A stretch of 63,793 nucleotides of DNA, filler included, from Octopus bimaculoides (GCF_001194135.2; 6 parts of 4 records of this genome joined end to end with filler, not necessarily neighbours in it); one strand, 5' to 3'; counted from the first letter of the whole stretch, positions 12,591 to 27,278 are shown. Made by a program: numbers and translations. Notes: generated from the letters alone by a model not told the origin.

Positions 12591-14144
12591 TATACTTTAC
12601 TTTTACCTGAGTTCCAGCAAAAATGTCAGTTTTGTATTCTGTTAGAAGGTCTATGTAACCTATGTAGTCTAGTAGCTCACTTATATCCATTTTCATCTTC
12701 CAGTATTTAAATCCATCTTTGTATTCCATTATTATTGATAATTGCTCCTGGGTCACCAGCAAGCAACTATACCACTCATGTATATTGGTATATGTTTTTG
12801 AACCCACTGTAACTGTCTTCCCAAGAGCTCAATTCTTCGATGAGTTCCTCATTTGACTTGTCAGACAGCAGTACATAATTACTTTTTCCTCGGCCAGGGG
12901 AGGGGAAGTTTGGGGGTTCTTGTGTGTATGTGCTCTTCTTTGTGTTGGAGGGAAGTGGGGAGGTTTGATGTCTGTAGGGAGAAGATGTGGCAATGAAATA
13001 TTTTTAAAAAGCTTACCATTTTAATCCTGGCAGAGTACAACATTTGCAGAAGAGAAAATGGAAGAATGAATCTTTAAATCAAATATTTCTTATTTCAAAA
13101 ATAGAATTTTAAGTTTTATTTCAATTTAAATAACAAAGTTTTGATTAAATCATTTCACTCGTTTCTAGATCAAATACAAGTTCATTAGCATCAGATGCAA
13201 TACACAGCCGGAAATTACCATGCATTCATTTCGTTCTTTCCATGTCGAGATGAAAATGGCAGACTTCGATTTAACTCTTGCAAAATATCCAGTAAGGAAT
13301 TAAGTAAATTGCAGATATAAAGTCTGGCGAATAATGCTTTCAAATGAGTATGCTTTTATCTAATTTGCATGCAACCACTTCATAATAAAACCTAAAGTAC
13401 TAGCCTATTTCTTCCAACCTGACTTGAAACATCTTTTTACCTAACATGTTCTAATTCCGTGTTTATAAATGAACGAAGGATAACTACTAAAGACATGGCC
13501 ATCTGAAATTCTCGGTAACCTGATTACTACTAGGAATTATTGATATGAATAGGCCTGCATACATACTTTCATTATCACATTTTTTGGAAACCTCATTGGA
13601 ACACAGAATATGAATATTTGTTTTAATTAGTAGGTTGTCTTATTATTATAGATAAATATCTACCGGAACTATTTGAGCTGATGTATTCTTCTTCTAATGC
13701 TTTTAATTTCAAAGTCAATTTAGACCAAATCATCATATATGGAAAATTACGTAATTGAAACCGGGAATATACTGTCACATTTACAATAACGGTTGAAAAA
13801 TTAAGATCTTTGTATAGATTTTAATACATCTTAGGATTTTAAAATCAATAAATGTTCTTCAAAACCAACAAATTTACCTCTCCAAACGTTTAGGAAAATT
13901 TTGGATGTGTTCACGACAAAAATTCTAAATAGAAACTTGAAAATAAGAATTAATATGGCGAAGAAATTAACTTGTATCTTAAAACATACAACCCAATCTT
14001 AAATTCTAGTTCTACGTTAAATAATGATAACTGTTTAAAGCTACTTAGTTATATTTCTCTGGTTTCTATGTGCATTTAGATTGATTCCTAGAGCATTTCT
14101 AAACCCGTTATCTACGTACATTCATCTGAATAAAAGATATGTTG

Positions 14145-14335
14145 TAAACAGCTGCTAAATCTCCCTTAAATCACAACATACCGTCTTAAAAAAAGAAAGA
14201 AGGGTACGAGTAAAATGTAGTCTCTGATGTACAATGGTACTGGATAACCACGACTGGAACTCCTATAACTGAAGGACTATCCAATCAGGGCCGAATGAGA
14301 CTAAATCACAACTATAACAACAAACAAATAAATTC
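14145..14335 (+). mobile_element. SINE-like repeat, family B
   Basis: cagctgctaaatctcccttaaatcac... to ...actaaatcacaac; matches 7505 and 10395. Confidence 0.55.
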
Positions 14336-14828
14336 ACATATCTTTATAAAAGTTTGAAAACAAATTAGAGTGTAATCTTGAGTAAAATTCATTTATGCTG
14401 TCAAAAGATATTGCGTCTTGGGAATAATGTACTTTCTGTGTTTACGATATTGTTGATGATACTGTAGTGGGTTTGATAACAAATTTCATATAGTTAAAGA
14501 GAGACGATTACACCTTGCAACTGGTTTCAATATATTTTTAGATTTCGGCGTTCATGACGTATTAGATTCTCCTATAAAATTTGCACAACTCGTGTGTTGA
14601 GATCAAGTATAAACCCATTTCAATTATTTCTTTTGTACCCTACAGCAGAAAAGCAGTAATTGTGTTTTAAATAAAAATAGGTGGCACTTGTAGGATACAA
14701 AAGAGAATATTTAAAATGTATTTTAATCGATTTATCAAAATTTTAGAATTCTGTAAATATGTTGATATTAGTTACGCAAAGTAAATAAGAAAACATTTTT
14801 GAATATTTTTATATTTGTTTTCTCCTTA

Positions 14829-14993
14829 GGCGCACGAGTGGCTGTGTGGTAAGTAGCTTGCTTACCAACCACATGGTTCCGAGTTCAGTCCCACTACGTG
14901 GCACCTTGGGCAAGTGTCTTCTACTATAGCCTCGGGCTGACCAAAGCCTTGTGAGTAGATTTGGTAGACGGAAACTGAAAGAAGCCCGTCGTA

Positions 14994-15059
<66 letters not shown>

Positions 15060-15069
15060 NNNNNNNNNN

Positions 15070-15151
<82 letters not shown>

Positions 15152-15360
15152 TGTGTCTGTGTTTGTCCCCCCACCATCGCTTGACAACCGATGCTGGTGT
15201 GTTCACGTCCCCGTAACTTAGCGGTTCGACAAAAAAGAGAACGATAGAATAAGTACTAGACTTACAAAAAGAATAAGTCCTGGGGGCGAATTTCTCTACT
15301 AAAGGCAGTGCTCCAGCATGGCCGCAGTCAAATGACTGAAACAAGTAAAGAGTAAAGAGT
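14829..15360 (+). mobile_element. tRNA-derived SINE family A, full length, with internal (TA)n(TG)n tract
   Basis: A-box-like tggctgtgtgg, B-box-like gttcagtccc, CORE-like accttgggcaagt, tail aaacaagtaaagag; about 10 homologous copies in the window. Confidence 0.9.
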
Positions 15361-16394
15361 TAGAAATGCAGTCGAATGCACTACACAGCCATATTGATTT
15401 AGGTAAATTCGAACTCTGTTCCATAATATAACGGAGCAAGATATTAAAGCATAATTTATTAGAATTTATTGATTCAGTGTTATCTTTTGATGGTGTTGTT
15501 TGCATAAAGTCAGCTGGGACTGAGTAAGAACTGACTTTGAAAACTTTCCAGCCGTTATCAACCTATTATTTTTTTCCAGCATTGTACAATATTGAATGCC
15601 TCTTGGCTCATAATTTTTCATGTCTAGTAAGTCGAGCGACAAAAGTTGTGCAGTGACGTTATTACTTTTAGTACTATGACGTGGATTAGGGGAAACAATA
15701 GAGTGACAGACAAAATGCCTTGTGATATTTAGTATTGCCCGCTTACATTCTCAGCTTACACTCCACTGTCAAATTTCATCAGTCTTCGGCTAAAAAGTCA
15801 ATTTCAGAACTTAGGTGTAATGATCCACATAATTTGCACGGTATGTGAAGTGCAGCGTGAACAAAGCTAATCAATATTTATTCACAAATAAGCATTATGA
15901 GAAGCCTCTGATAAATTTAAGCTATTATTTTGCCTTTTGTGATTTTCGTTGTGAAACATTAAATTTCTTATTTCCTTCGACTCATAAGAAGTTACAACTC
16001 CAAAGACAGATGGAACTCATAGTCAGGCAATTTTGATAGGACAATCGGAAGATAGACACAGTTGAACGTCTTAGTGAATTTAAGAACAACAGCATTGATT
16101 TTACCAAATCTCTCTAAAGTTAAAACCCACATGCTTTAAATATTTTCAATGACAATTCAGCTCTAATGACGAGATCACGGCAATTAAATGCGATTAATCT
16201 TAGAAACAGTCTGTGCAATGATAAATAAGGTGGCAAATAAAATTTCTACAAGAATTATTAAGAAACAACAGTAGATAGGAATATTTCAAAGACAATATCA
16301 TTTGTAAACCGACATCATATTTTCACAATAAATTTTGAGCATATAAAGGCAAAAACATGATTGTGCGTGTTAATATTTTACATTTTTAAACATA

Positions 16395-16822
16395 GGCGTA
16401 GGAGTGGCTGTGTGGTAAGTAGCTTGCTTACCAACCACATGGTCCCGGGTTCAGTCCTACTGCGTGGCACCTTGGGCAAGTGTCTTCTACTATAGCCTCG
16501 GGCCGACCAAAGCCTTGTGAGTGGATTTGGTAGACGGAAACTGAAAGAAGCCTGTCGTATGTATGTATATATATATATGTATGTGAGTATGTGTTTGTAT
16601 GTCTCTGTTTGTCCCCCACCCCACCCAACATCGCTTGACAACCGATGCTGGTGTGTTTATGTTCCCGTAACTTAGCGGTTCGGCAAAAGAAACCGATAGA
16701 ATAAGTACTAGGCTTCCAAAGAATAAGTCCTGGGGTCGATTTGCTCGACTAAAGGCGGTGCTCCAGCATGGCCACAGTCAAAAAAGACTGAAACAAGTAA
16801 AAGAGTAAAAGAGTAAAAGAGT
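16395..16822 (+). mobile_element. SINE family A, full length
   Basis: High identity to the 14829 copy. Confidence 0.92.
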
Positions 16823-17116
16823 ATATCTTGGTAAGATTTCCCTTTAAAATGCTTTTCATGTTGGTTTTATATTTCGGTACAGATAACAATGTTTTAAAAA
16901 CAATGACAACTAAGGGCCTGGAGGCTACAACTAACATCTGATATTTTTTTATCGATTTAAACTTGACCTTCTATATTTTCATGCAAACACCTTTTTAAAA
17001 AAAAATATGGCAACATATTTATCGGTTAGTCCTTACTTACGAATAACTCACCTCCAACTAAAATGACACAAATAAACGATTATTCATGTTCAATGTACTT
17101 CATTATGTGTATGGAG

Positions 17117-17148
<32 letters not shown>

Positions 17149-18594
17149 CATAGATAGATAGATACATACATACATACATACATACATGCATACATGCATA
17201 CATACATACATATACATACATGCATACATACATACATACATACATAAAGATATAGATGTACGCGCTTATATATATATAAATGACATATATATATACATAT
17301 ATANNNNNNNNNNNNNNNNNNNNNNNNNNNNNNNNNNNNNNNNNNNNNNNNNNNNNNNNNNNNNNNNNNNNNNNNNNNNNNNNNNNNNNNNNNNNNNNNN
17401 NNNNNNNNNNNNNNNNNNNNNNNNNNNNNNNNNNNNNNNNNNNNNNNNNNNNNNNNNNNNNNNNNNNNNNNNNNNNNNNNNNNNNNNNNNNNNNNNNNNN
17501 NNNNNNNNNNNNNNNNNNNNNNNNNNNNNNNNNNNNNNNNNNNNNNNNNNNNNNNNNNNNNNNNNNNNNNNNNNNNNNNNNNNNNNNNNNNNNNNNNNNN
17601 NNNNNNNNNNNNNNNNNNNNNNNNNNNNNNNNNNNNNNNNNNNNNNNNNNNNNNNNNNNNNNNNNNNNNNNNNNNNNNNNNNNNNNNNNNNNNNNNNNNN
17701 NNNNNNNNNNNNNNNNNNNNNNNNNNNNNNNNNNNNNNNNNNNNNNNNNNNNNNNNNNNNNNNNNNNNNNNNNNNNNNNNNNNNNNNNNNNNNNNNNNNN
17801 NNNNNNNNNNNNNNNNNNNNNNNNNNNNNNNNNNNNNNNNNNNNNNNNNNNNNNNNNNNNNNNNNNNNNNNNNNNNNNNNNNNNNNNNNNNNNNNNNNNN
17901 NNNNNNNNNNNNNNNNNNNNNNNNNNNNNNNNNNNNNNNNNNNNNNNNNNNNNNNNNNNNNNNNNNNNNNNNNNNNNNNNNNNNNNNNNNNNNNNNNNNN
18001 NNNNNNNNNNNNNNNNNNNNNNNNNNNNNNNNNNNNNNNNNNNNNNNNNNNNNNNNNNNNNNNNNNNNNNNNNNNNNNNNNNNNNNNNNNNNNNNNNNNN
18101 NNNNNNNATATATGCATACAGATATAGGGCAGGGAATTGCCAATTAGTAATAAAATTAATAATTAACAATTTTGCCAAGTAGTTCAATATGAAAAAAACC
18201 TTTATCGGTAAAACCATTTATAATCATAAATATATAGGGGTTAGTATGTTGGTGAAGCAACTCATGCTGACCCCTATATATTTATGATTATATATATGCA
18301 TAGGTATATATACATAAAGATATGTATGTGTATGTGTCTGAGTGCATTCATATATATATATAGTGTGTATATGCATATATATACATATGCATGTGAGTGT
18401 GTGTGTGTGTGTGCCAGCATCATCATCATGCATACACATTTACTTTGTCCGATAGACACGTGTATACACAATACATAATCTCTCCACTGACGCGCATCAG
18501 ACGCAAGATACACGTACACATACGCACACATATACTTGTTTGCACACGCACACTTTTGCTTCATACATACGTGCTTGGTCACACACACACATGT

Positions 18595-18960
18595 CCCCCT
18601 GTTTCATTGTTGGTTTCAATCTTTTCACATTAAATTCTTGATCACAGAGTCCCCAGAACTACACTCGACCACTGTCAGAAAATACAGCATATCTGAACTC
18701 ACTGGAGAATATGACAGCTTTCCAAGATGCTAGTGCCCTTTCCACCATCTCAATGGTCCAATCTTTTCTCCGTTTGATGTTGGTTGGTCGAAGAAGTGGC
18801 TTCCTTCTTGCTCTGCCATAGTAATCAAGTTCGTGGAGATACCTGATAGCTGTCTGTCTGTGACTGATACTGCTATATCAGAGGCCTTGCAACGAGGATT
18901 ATCCTCCACACTTCTCTTAACAAAGAAAGGGTCCTGTCAGAGGGCCCTGGTCAACATGGG
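18595..18960 (-). mobile_element. Tc1-family transposase fragment (pseudogene)
   Basis: TAIRYLHELDYYGRARRKPLLRPTNIKRRKDWTIEMVERALASWKAVIFSSEFRYAVFSDSGRV*FWGLCDQEFNVKRLKPTMKQG matches the Tc1 pattern GR.ARKKPLL...W..V.FSDE...PTVKHGG. Confidence 0.85.
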
Positions 18961-19859
18961 TGTGGTGATGTGAACTCACTCCTCTCTCTGGTGCACAATC
19001 ACTCTATTAATTGTAGAAAGCGGGATCGTAACGTTTTCTGAGATTTTACGCTAAGAACACCTTCAGAATGATCCACAATACGGCCTCCTTGAAATTTAGA
19101 CAGTTCCAAGGCTTCTTTTCTACATGTTATAATAAAACAGTCAGATATAGACCCTGAAACACGAAAATGTCAAATAATATAAAATATAAACCTTTGCAAG
19201 TTAGAATAAACGTAAAACGATGTTTTATGGGGTGTCTATTTACTTCTGTTACGTCTGTGTCTATACAGTCTGTCAATTTTGGATATATATATCTAAAATT
19301 GAGAGAATGGAGCAGGTAAAATGCAGGCTATACATATCTTTCCTAACTCGTAGAACCTCGGAAATAGTATTTACTCAACTAGTGGTACTCCACTATCTAT
19401 TCATCAAGACTATTATACCTTAGTTAAATGAAGGTTACATTGTCATCAAGGAATCCAAAGTTAACTCGCATGAGATGTGATTTCAATTTTTATTCACATT
19501 TATATCAACCCTAGATGCTAACCGTGAACTATGAAATCACTTTTTTCAGCTTTTCGAACTTCGATGTGGAAAACCTACAATCTTCTATGCCAATGAACTA
19601 TTGTTCCTGAAAGTTGGTTTTTATACCCAATATGGACTGGTCGAAGCTTACTAACTTTCTACACATAGATTCTTAGATCTTACAATTACATATTATTGTA
19701 TTATGTAGGCGACTAGCGAGACTCAAATGGCCGTAGGTACATAACCCCAGTTACTTGAGTCTGACGGATTGACTATACGGCAAAATGCTTTATATGTGCA
19801 AAACCAATAGCCATTCACTGACCGACCATAACAATCATCTTCCTAAAAATATTTTACTG

Positions 19860-19866
19860 AGAAAGA

Positions 19867-19938
<72 letters not shown>

Positions 19939-20055
19939 AAAAGAGAGAGGTATGTGTGTGTGTGCGCGCACACGCACACAAATCCATCGATAGATCGAGC
20001 GATAGATAGACAGAAAGCAGAATAGACATAGACAGACGGACGGAGGGACAGACGA

Positions 20056-20086
<31 letters not shown>

Positions 20087-20255
20087 GACAGACGGACAGA
20101 CAGACAGACGGACAGACAGACAGACGGACAGACGGATAGACAGACGGACAGACAGACAGGCGGACAGACAGACAGACGGACAGACAGACAGACGGACAGA
20201 CAGACAGATAGATAGCTTGCTAGATGGATGGATGAATGGATGGATGGATGGATCA
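19860..20255. repeat. Compound (GA)n/(GACA)n/(GGAC)n/(GGAT)n microsatellite
   Basis: Direct. Confidence 0.95.
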
Positions 20256-21033
20256 GTTCGTATGAGGGTTGGTCTGTTCTTTCGAAGTGAGAGAGTGAGT
20301 GAGGTAGTTAGGTTGAAAGAAAATTAGCTAGAAAGCTAAATATGTAAGTAGGTAGGTAAGGCCGACGAGGTAAAATAAAATCATATGTAAAAGAAACGAA
20401 ATAACAGAGAGAGAGGAAGAATGACTGAGAGAGAGGGAGAAAGAGAGAGAGAAATGGAGATGACAATATAACTAACATTAATTTATATATCTATTAGAAA
20501 TTCTTTAATCATATTATGTCCCAACATAACTCGAAATAGAAACATCAAAATTATGATTATAATCTAACGATACTTTTGTGGCTTCTGATACATGTCATTT
20601 TCCCTGTATCTCACTTCCTCTCTCTTTCTATCACTCTCTCTCATTCTTTCTCCCCTTCTCCCCCCTCTACTTCTCTCCCTCTTTCTTAATGTGTCTACCA
20701 CTCTCACATTATGTATATATATATATATATATATTATAAAAGCAAGTAAAATTAAACGCCACATGAATGTGGCTGTTCCATGTTACTACTAGTTTAACCT
20801 GTCATCCTCAGTCGCGATCTTGTTTGCTAGAGGACAGCTCCCCTGCTAGCAATATATGTTTATGGTGCAGTGCTGCACCAATGACCAACTGACAGACGAT
20901 CTGCTTGGGGTTAAACAAGTAGTAATATGGAACAGTCACATTGATGTGGCAATAAACTTTACTTGTTAGAATAGTTACTACCCTCATCTCTTACAACGAG
21001 TTATTTTGCTTAGGGACGATTTACAGTTTTATA

Positions 21034-21210
21034 GGCGCAGGTATGGTTGTGTCCAATGGCGAATTTATTTGAAATAAAGAAGCTTGCTTCCTAACAACAT
21101 GGTTCCGGGTTCAGTCCCACTATGTCTTCCACTATAGCTTCGGTGCGACCAAAACCTTGCATGGAGAATTGGTAGACAGAAACTGAAAAAGCACGACACA
21201 TGTGTGAGTC

Positions 21211-21290
<80 letters not shown>

Positions 21291-21558
21291 TATCTATGTA
21301 TGTATGCGTGTATGCTCATGTCTTTATGTGTATGTGTGTACCTTTGTGCATGCGTTTATTCCTATGTTTGTCTCCCACCACTGCTGGTGTTGACGCATTT
21401 AAATCCTCGAAACTTAGTGCCTTTATATCCCCCCAAAAACGATAGAATAATTACCGCACTTAAAATAAGTACTGGCGTCGATTCGTTTGACAAAACATTC
21501 TTCGAGGCGTTGCCCCAGCATGGCCGCAGCCTGATGAATGAGATCAGTAAAAGATAAA
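21034..21558 (+). mobile_element. Diverged SINE family A-like copy
   Basis: ggttccgggttcagtcccac head, internal (TG)n, ccagcatggccgcag tail. Confidence 0.8.
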
Positions 21559-22339
21559 AAATGTGTGTGTTTGTGCGTGTGTGTACTTGTGTGTGTACAT
21601 GTACGTGTGCGCGCGCATGTGTATGTGCGTGCATCGGGGGTTGTATATGTGTGATGTTGCCAGAACTACAAAGCAATACTTAAAATATTTCATGCAAAAT
21701 TAATTTTTACTTCACCAATCAAAATTAGGTCGTCATTTAAAGATTTCATGCAATTGGATGATAGCTTCAACGCTTTCTGCTTCAGTTTACTTTCTCTTTC
21801 TCTGTCTTCCTCTATCTCTTCCTCTCGACACATACACTCACAAACACACAAACACACATAGACGCACATTCATAGGGTTTCAATACATACATGCAAGCCA
21901 AAATACAACTTAATTAGTACGAGATTGATAGAAATCTTTTCAAAGCGCTCCGAGAAATGTTTAAAGATCTTACGCTATGGCAATGGTTTACGTAAGCGAA
22001 ATCAAACGAGACATATGTGCAAGAGTTATTCTATACGAAGTAGAGATGTTAACAACTTATTAAATTACAGACTGATTAGTGTTGCAGCTAGTTGCTATTC
22101 ACGTATCATCTCCCAGACTAATAAGAGACGAACATGATATCTTGCCTAGCCTGCTTAATACAATGGCAACTTACTAAGCATCCTCATGCGACCTTTAATA
22201 GAACGAGAGAACTAAGTCGTTAAATAGGATGGACCGTTGTGGTTAACCAGCATCTGAAACCGACTTGAGATCTATTATCTTTTTGATTTCTTCTGTGTGG
22301 TGGGATTCCATGTCATCTCTTTTGTATGTGCTTTCTTCC

Positions 22340-23790
22340 AACTTGTTGGTTAATTTAATGTATGCGGAAATTCGACTCCGCCACCCTTTTCTATTCCTTA
22401 TACCGGGACGTTGATTCATCTAGTGTCGTGGATGGGAGAGTGTTAAATTCCCTCTTGAAAACAGCTATACTGTGTAGGTTTCTTAATTCTTTTGAAAGAA
22501 TTTTGACGATCTGTGGACCATTGATCCCTAAGCTATTGAATTACCCGGTCCTCACTTTAGATGGATTGGACGGTACCTTTCTACTATGCAGAGATGTCCA
22601 GAACGGGCATTTGTATAACCCTTTAAACCAAAGTTATGCAGCAGCACTAACTTTTCCACATGTAAATTGTTATCTTTCTCGAATTTTCGCTCAAAGTCGT
22701 AATTTTCTTTCCAGTATCTTCCTGTCGTTCATCTGATACAATGTGACAATCGTTTTAGTGTAGTAGCATTGGTACGCTTCAAGCTGCGCAGTTAGTTTGA
22801 CTCTATGTGGTGACTACAGCTAAGGGCAATAGTTCGGGCGAGGTGACTAGAACAAAGGTTTTGCACAGGGTCAAATTGTCTTACTAGTCTCTTGTACTGA
22901 ACAAATTTAGCCCCCAACTTGCCAATTGTTTACAATCTGTTACCGTCTTGATAATGTGTACACGAAATACTGAAGCATTACACATACTGATCTCCAAGTC
23001 TCTCACGATCTGTGACACTGAGATTGCACTGCCTTTGGTCCTATAAAGGCAAATTGTAGTTTATGTGTGAGCTGATAGCATACTTCTTGAAATTTACCAG
23101 TATAATGTATGTATGTATGTCTTACTTGTATATTGCATAGGTATTACTGCAAGCTTGTGACATCATTAGAGTACTTTATTGCCTGTGATAGTTTTGTGTC
23201 ATCGGGGACTTCATTCAGAATTTGTGTTCCCTACAGAGGGCACATTGTCTTGAATCTAAAGTCATATATCCAGTCTCCTTGTTTACCACTTATGTCAAGA
23301 TCTGGCAGCTTATGACATACCATGCCATGACCCATATTGTAATAGGCCTTAACAAAGACAAGATACCTCACATCGACATTTGATTGATCAAGCATTGGCT
23401 TCAAAAACCTAGCCATAATGCAGTAAGAAATATGTAAAGCAGCTTCTTCCCGGACGAATACCATGCAGAAAATCATTCAATAAGTCATTCTCGTCAGGAG
23501 ACGTTATCAGTTTCCTTCTAACAATTCGTTCCATGACTTTGCTGATATGCAAAATCAGAGAGATAGGCCTCTCCTTTTAGTTTTATAAGACGTTCACTAC
23601 ATGCAAGGGAAATTTGGAAAGCATCTGAAGTGGTTTGGTTAAAGTCTGCTTACATGACTTCGGGAGAATAGCTGGGAAACCATCGGGACCAGTTGCTGAT
23701 CTTCAACTCATTTCATCTATGACCACTGTGACATCTACTTCCTCAATACAGATGTAATGAATCGCTACTGCCTTCCTCTGATCAGCTGTA
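22340..23790 (-). mobile_element. CR1-like LINE, decayed ORF2 reverse transcriptase and 3' region
   Basis: SATGPDGFPAILPKSCKQTLTKPL; ISKVMERIVRRKL; LHGIRPGRSC; VDVRYLVFVKAYYNMGHG (a YLDFxKAFDxVxH variant); PDDTKL; ELRNLH near the 3' end. Confidence 0.85.
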
Positions 23791-24574
23791 ATGTCAAAGA
23801 ACTCAGCCGTGTTATTTTGGGGTCCACGTCAGTATGCCATTCCCATTGAACAAAGATCATATTTTATACTGTACTGTGGGTTTAGGGTTTGTTTTATGTT
23901 TTCCAAAGCTCTGCCCCCCCCCTCTCTCTCTCTCACTCTCTGCTCTTTTTATGCTATATTCTGCTTTCAAATTCCAGGATTCTCCGTCTTAAATTAAATT
24001 TTCCATCATTCTTCAGTTGCTTAAAAGTTTGAGGTTTCATACGGATTTCCCCGTTTCTGAGGATTTTTTTTTTTCTGGGATTTATTTAGTGCATATGGAT
24101 TACACTCTCAATATAGACTAAATTTGAAGATGCCTTGCATACAGAGGCTGTTGGGTCAGTTTTGTTTGTGGATCTCTTTGCAGTTTNNNNNNNNNNNNNN
24201 NNNNNNNNNNNNNNNNNNNNNNNNNNNNNNTTAATTAATTAANNNNNNNNNNNNNNNNNNNNNNNNNNNNNNNNNNNNNNNNNNNNATATATATATATAT
24301 ATATATATATAACATACGTGTGTGTGTGTATGGTCCTGAGTGTAATTATTTCTTTGTATTAAAATGCATTCTAAAATAAATGCACACTTTATTTTAATGG
24401 CTCTGAGGATGCTATAAGATGTTGCCCAAACATTCAGCACTGAGTCCACTGCTTCTTATAGCAGAAACAGCTGCAAGTTAAGGAAGTTGTGTATGCAATA
24501 CCTTTTCCTTAGTCATTCAATAATTTATGTGAGTGTGTGTGTGTGTGTGTGTGTGAGTGGCTAAGAAGCTTGAT

Positions 24575-24594
24575 TACTACTACTACTACTACTG

Positions 24595-24628
<34 letters not shown>

Positions 24629-24690
24629 AGCCGCTGCCGCCACCAGCATCACCACCATTACTACTACTACTACTACTACTACTGTTGTTG
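24575..24690. repeat. (CTA)n/(CTG)n trinucleotide repeat
   Basis: Direct. Confidence 0.95.
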
Positions 24691-24907
24691 TTAGAGTTTC
24701 CTTCACAGTGAGAAGGCATGGCCACAATTTGACTTCTTTTCTGCAGCTTGTCTCTTTAAATGATGAGCTGCAGTCATAGATTGAGCATAGACTGAGGCAG
24801 GGCACCTGGCACCAAAAGTGCCATCAAGCACTCTCAACCCTTTGCCTGTTGGGCCATGTAATCAGTGGAAATCCAACTTTGGCATTTTATAGTAATATGA
24901 GGGTGGA

Positions 24908-25360
24908 GGTACAATAGCCCAGTGGTTGGGGCAGTGGTCTCGCGGTCATAGGATCGTGGTTTCGATTCCCAGACTGGGCGTTGTGAATGTTTATTGAGCG
25001 AAAACACCTAAAGCTCCATGAGGCTCCAGCAGGGGATGGTGGCGAACCCTGCTGTACTCTTCCACCACGACTTTCTCTCACTCTTACTTCCTGTTTCTGT
25101 TGTGCCTGTAATTCAAANNNNNNNNNNTCTTCCACCACGACTTTCTCTCACTCTTACTTCCTGTTTCTGTTGTGCCTGTAATTCAAAGGGTCAGCCTTGT
25201 CACACTGTGTCACACTGAATATCCCCGAGAACTACGTTAAGGGTACACATGTCTGTGGAGTGCTCAGCCACTTGCACATTAATTTCATGAGCAGGCTGTT
25301 CCGTTTATCGGATAGACTGGAACCCTTGATGTCGTAAGCGACGGAGTGCCAACAACAACA
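24908..25360 (+). mobile_element. tRNA-derived SINE family D with tail gtcgtaagcgacggagtgccaacaac
   Basis: cccagtggtt A-box, gtttcgattcc B-box; inverted homolog at 51605-51905. Confidence 0.88.
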
Positions 25361-25602
25361 ATATGAGGGTGTGCAGAAAAGTTCCTGATTTTGCAGAAAA
25401 GAAAATACAAGAGGATTGATTAAATGATTTCCCACTTTTAGGTTTGCCATATAAAATTGTATTGGTTTGGGTGTTCGGGGGCTAGGAATTGGTGGAAAAC
25501 TCAAAGACTCCAGGTGGCACACACTCAAGCTATGCCACTCTGTTGGACATTTATAAATGCAAACAATGTTTTCCTGTGCTCCAATTCAATGAGGATGTTG
25601 CT

Positions 25603-25822
25603 TATGAAGGGGTGCTGAAAAGTTCCTGGCTTTAGGTAAAAGAAAATACAAGAGGATCAGTTAATTGTGATTTTATTCAACATATTCCCCTCTCAAATTC
25701 ACACACTTATTGCAGGGTCCTTCAGTTTTTCTAATCCCTGCAAAAGAACTTGCAAGGTTGGTCCTCCAACCAGGCCTTTTGTGATACCCTTAAAGCCAGG
25801 AACTTTTCACCACCCCCACATA
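25603..25822. mobile_element. Mariner-type MITE, about 220 bp
   Basis: TIRs tatgaaggggtgctgaaaagttcctggcttt / aaagccaggaacttttcaccacccccacata with TA ends; second copy at 42107 and a partial left end at about 25362. Confidence 0.8.
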
Positions 25823-26195
25823 CTTTAGCCAAATTCTGCTGAAAGTATTCCAGAGTCATATCATACAGAGATATCAAGAAGGAGCAGTTTGGGATACATA
25901 AAGTAACCATAAATCATGATCACCAAGTTTATATGAATCTACACCTGCCTTAAGAGATGACAATGTGAAAATGCAACAATCAAACCACAATAACAATAAT
26001 GATGATTTAATGATAATGTGAGTGCAACACCTTAACCACCAGGTCATGAACCATTCTGGAAAAATATAGACTCATAAATACAGGAACGAAATTTACTTAG
26101 TTGGTGCAAACCCAGGTCCAAATTTTTTTACAAACAAGGTCAATTTTTTCAGTCTTAATATCAGAAGAAGCACAGATTTAATAATAATCATTATT

Positions 26196-26343
26196 AGGAG
26201 TGGCTGTGTGGTAAGTAGCTTGCTTACCAGCCTGGGTTCAGTCCTACTGTGTGGCACCTTGGGCAAGTGTCTTCTACTATAGCCTCGGGCCGACCAAAAC
26301 CTTGTGAGTGGATTTGGTAGACAGAAACTGAAAGAAGCCTGTC

Positions 26344-26407
<64 letters not shown>

Positions 26408-26572
26408 GTATATGTTTGTGTGTCTGTGTTTGTCCCCCTAACATCGCATGACAACTGATGCTGGTGTGTTTACGTCCCCGTCACTTAGCTGTTCGGCAAG
26501 AGAGACTGATAGAATAAGTACTAAGCTTACAAAGAATAAGTCCTGGGGTCGATTTGCTTGACTAAAGGTGGT
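26196..26572 (+). mobile_element. SINE family A, 3'-truncated
   Basis: High identity to other copies. Confidence 0.9.
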
Positions 26573-26763
26573 GTGTGTGTGTGAGAGAGAGAGAGAGATA
26601 AAGAGCTACATGATGATTGCTGGGGAGATTGTTGAGTAGAAATGTCATGAATGAGAGGCTGGGGGTTAGTAGAGGAAGCAATGGAACAGTGCAAGAGAGA
26701 CACATTGATAAGAGAGAATGAGAGTGCAAGATGTCAATAAGTGACAAAGAGGAGAGTAGTGAT

Positions 26764-26995
26764 ATCATCATCATCATCATCATCATCGTTTAACGTCCGC
26801 TTTCCATGCTAGCCTGGGTTGGACGATTTGACTGAAGACTGGTGAAACCGGATGGCAACAGCAGGCTCCAATCTGATTTGGCAGAGTTTCTACAGCTGGA
26901 TGCCCTTCCTAACGCCAACCACTCAGAGAGTGTAGTGGGTGCTTTTACGTGCCACCCGCACAAGGCCAGTCAGGTGGTACTGGCATCGGCCACGA
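26764..26995 (-). mobile_element. SINE family E with (GAT)n tail and an aggaagggcatccagc core
   Basis: Reverse complement matches 33775-33967. Confidence 0.75.
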
Positions 26996-27227
26996 TATAT
27001 ACATTATATTATATAAATAAATGTACGTGCATACATGTGAATGCATGTATATATTTTTGCATGTGTGTGTTGCATGTGTATGTGTGTATATATATATATA
27101 TGAGAAATTATGAAACCATAATCTCATTAAATCCGAAATATAAAACTCAGCTTAGGCCTTCTTCAACCCACCCCCTCTAATATTATTAATAGCTTCTTCT
27201 CAGTAGTAGTTTAATATCCACTCCATC

Positions 27228-27278
<51 letters not shown>

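Noticed and set aside
24231-24242. TTAATTAATTAA inside N runs, also at 42406-42417, 48426-48437, 51950-51961 and 57267-57278
   Set aside because: Always 44 N + 12 nt + 44 N = 100 bp. The palindrome gives stops in all six frames, so it is an artificial scaffolding linker.
25060-25185. Direct duplications flanking 10-N gaps (also 61140-61230)
   Set aside because: Unmerged contig overlaps; assembly artefacts.
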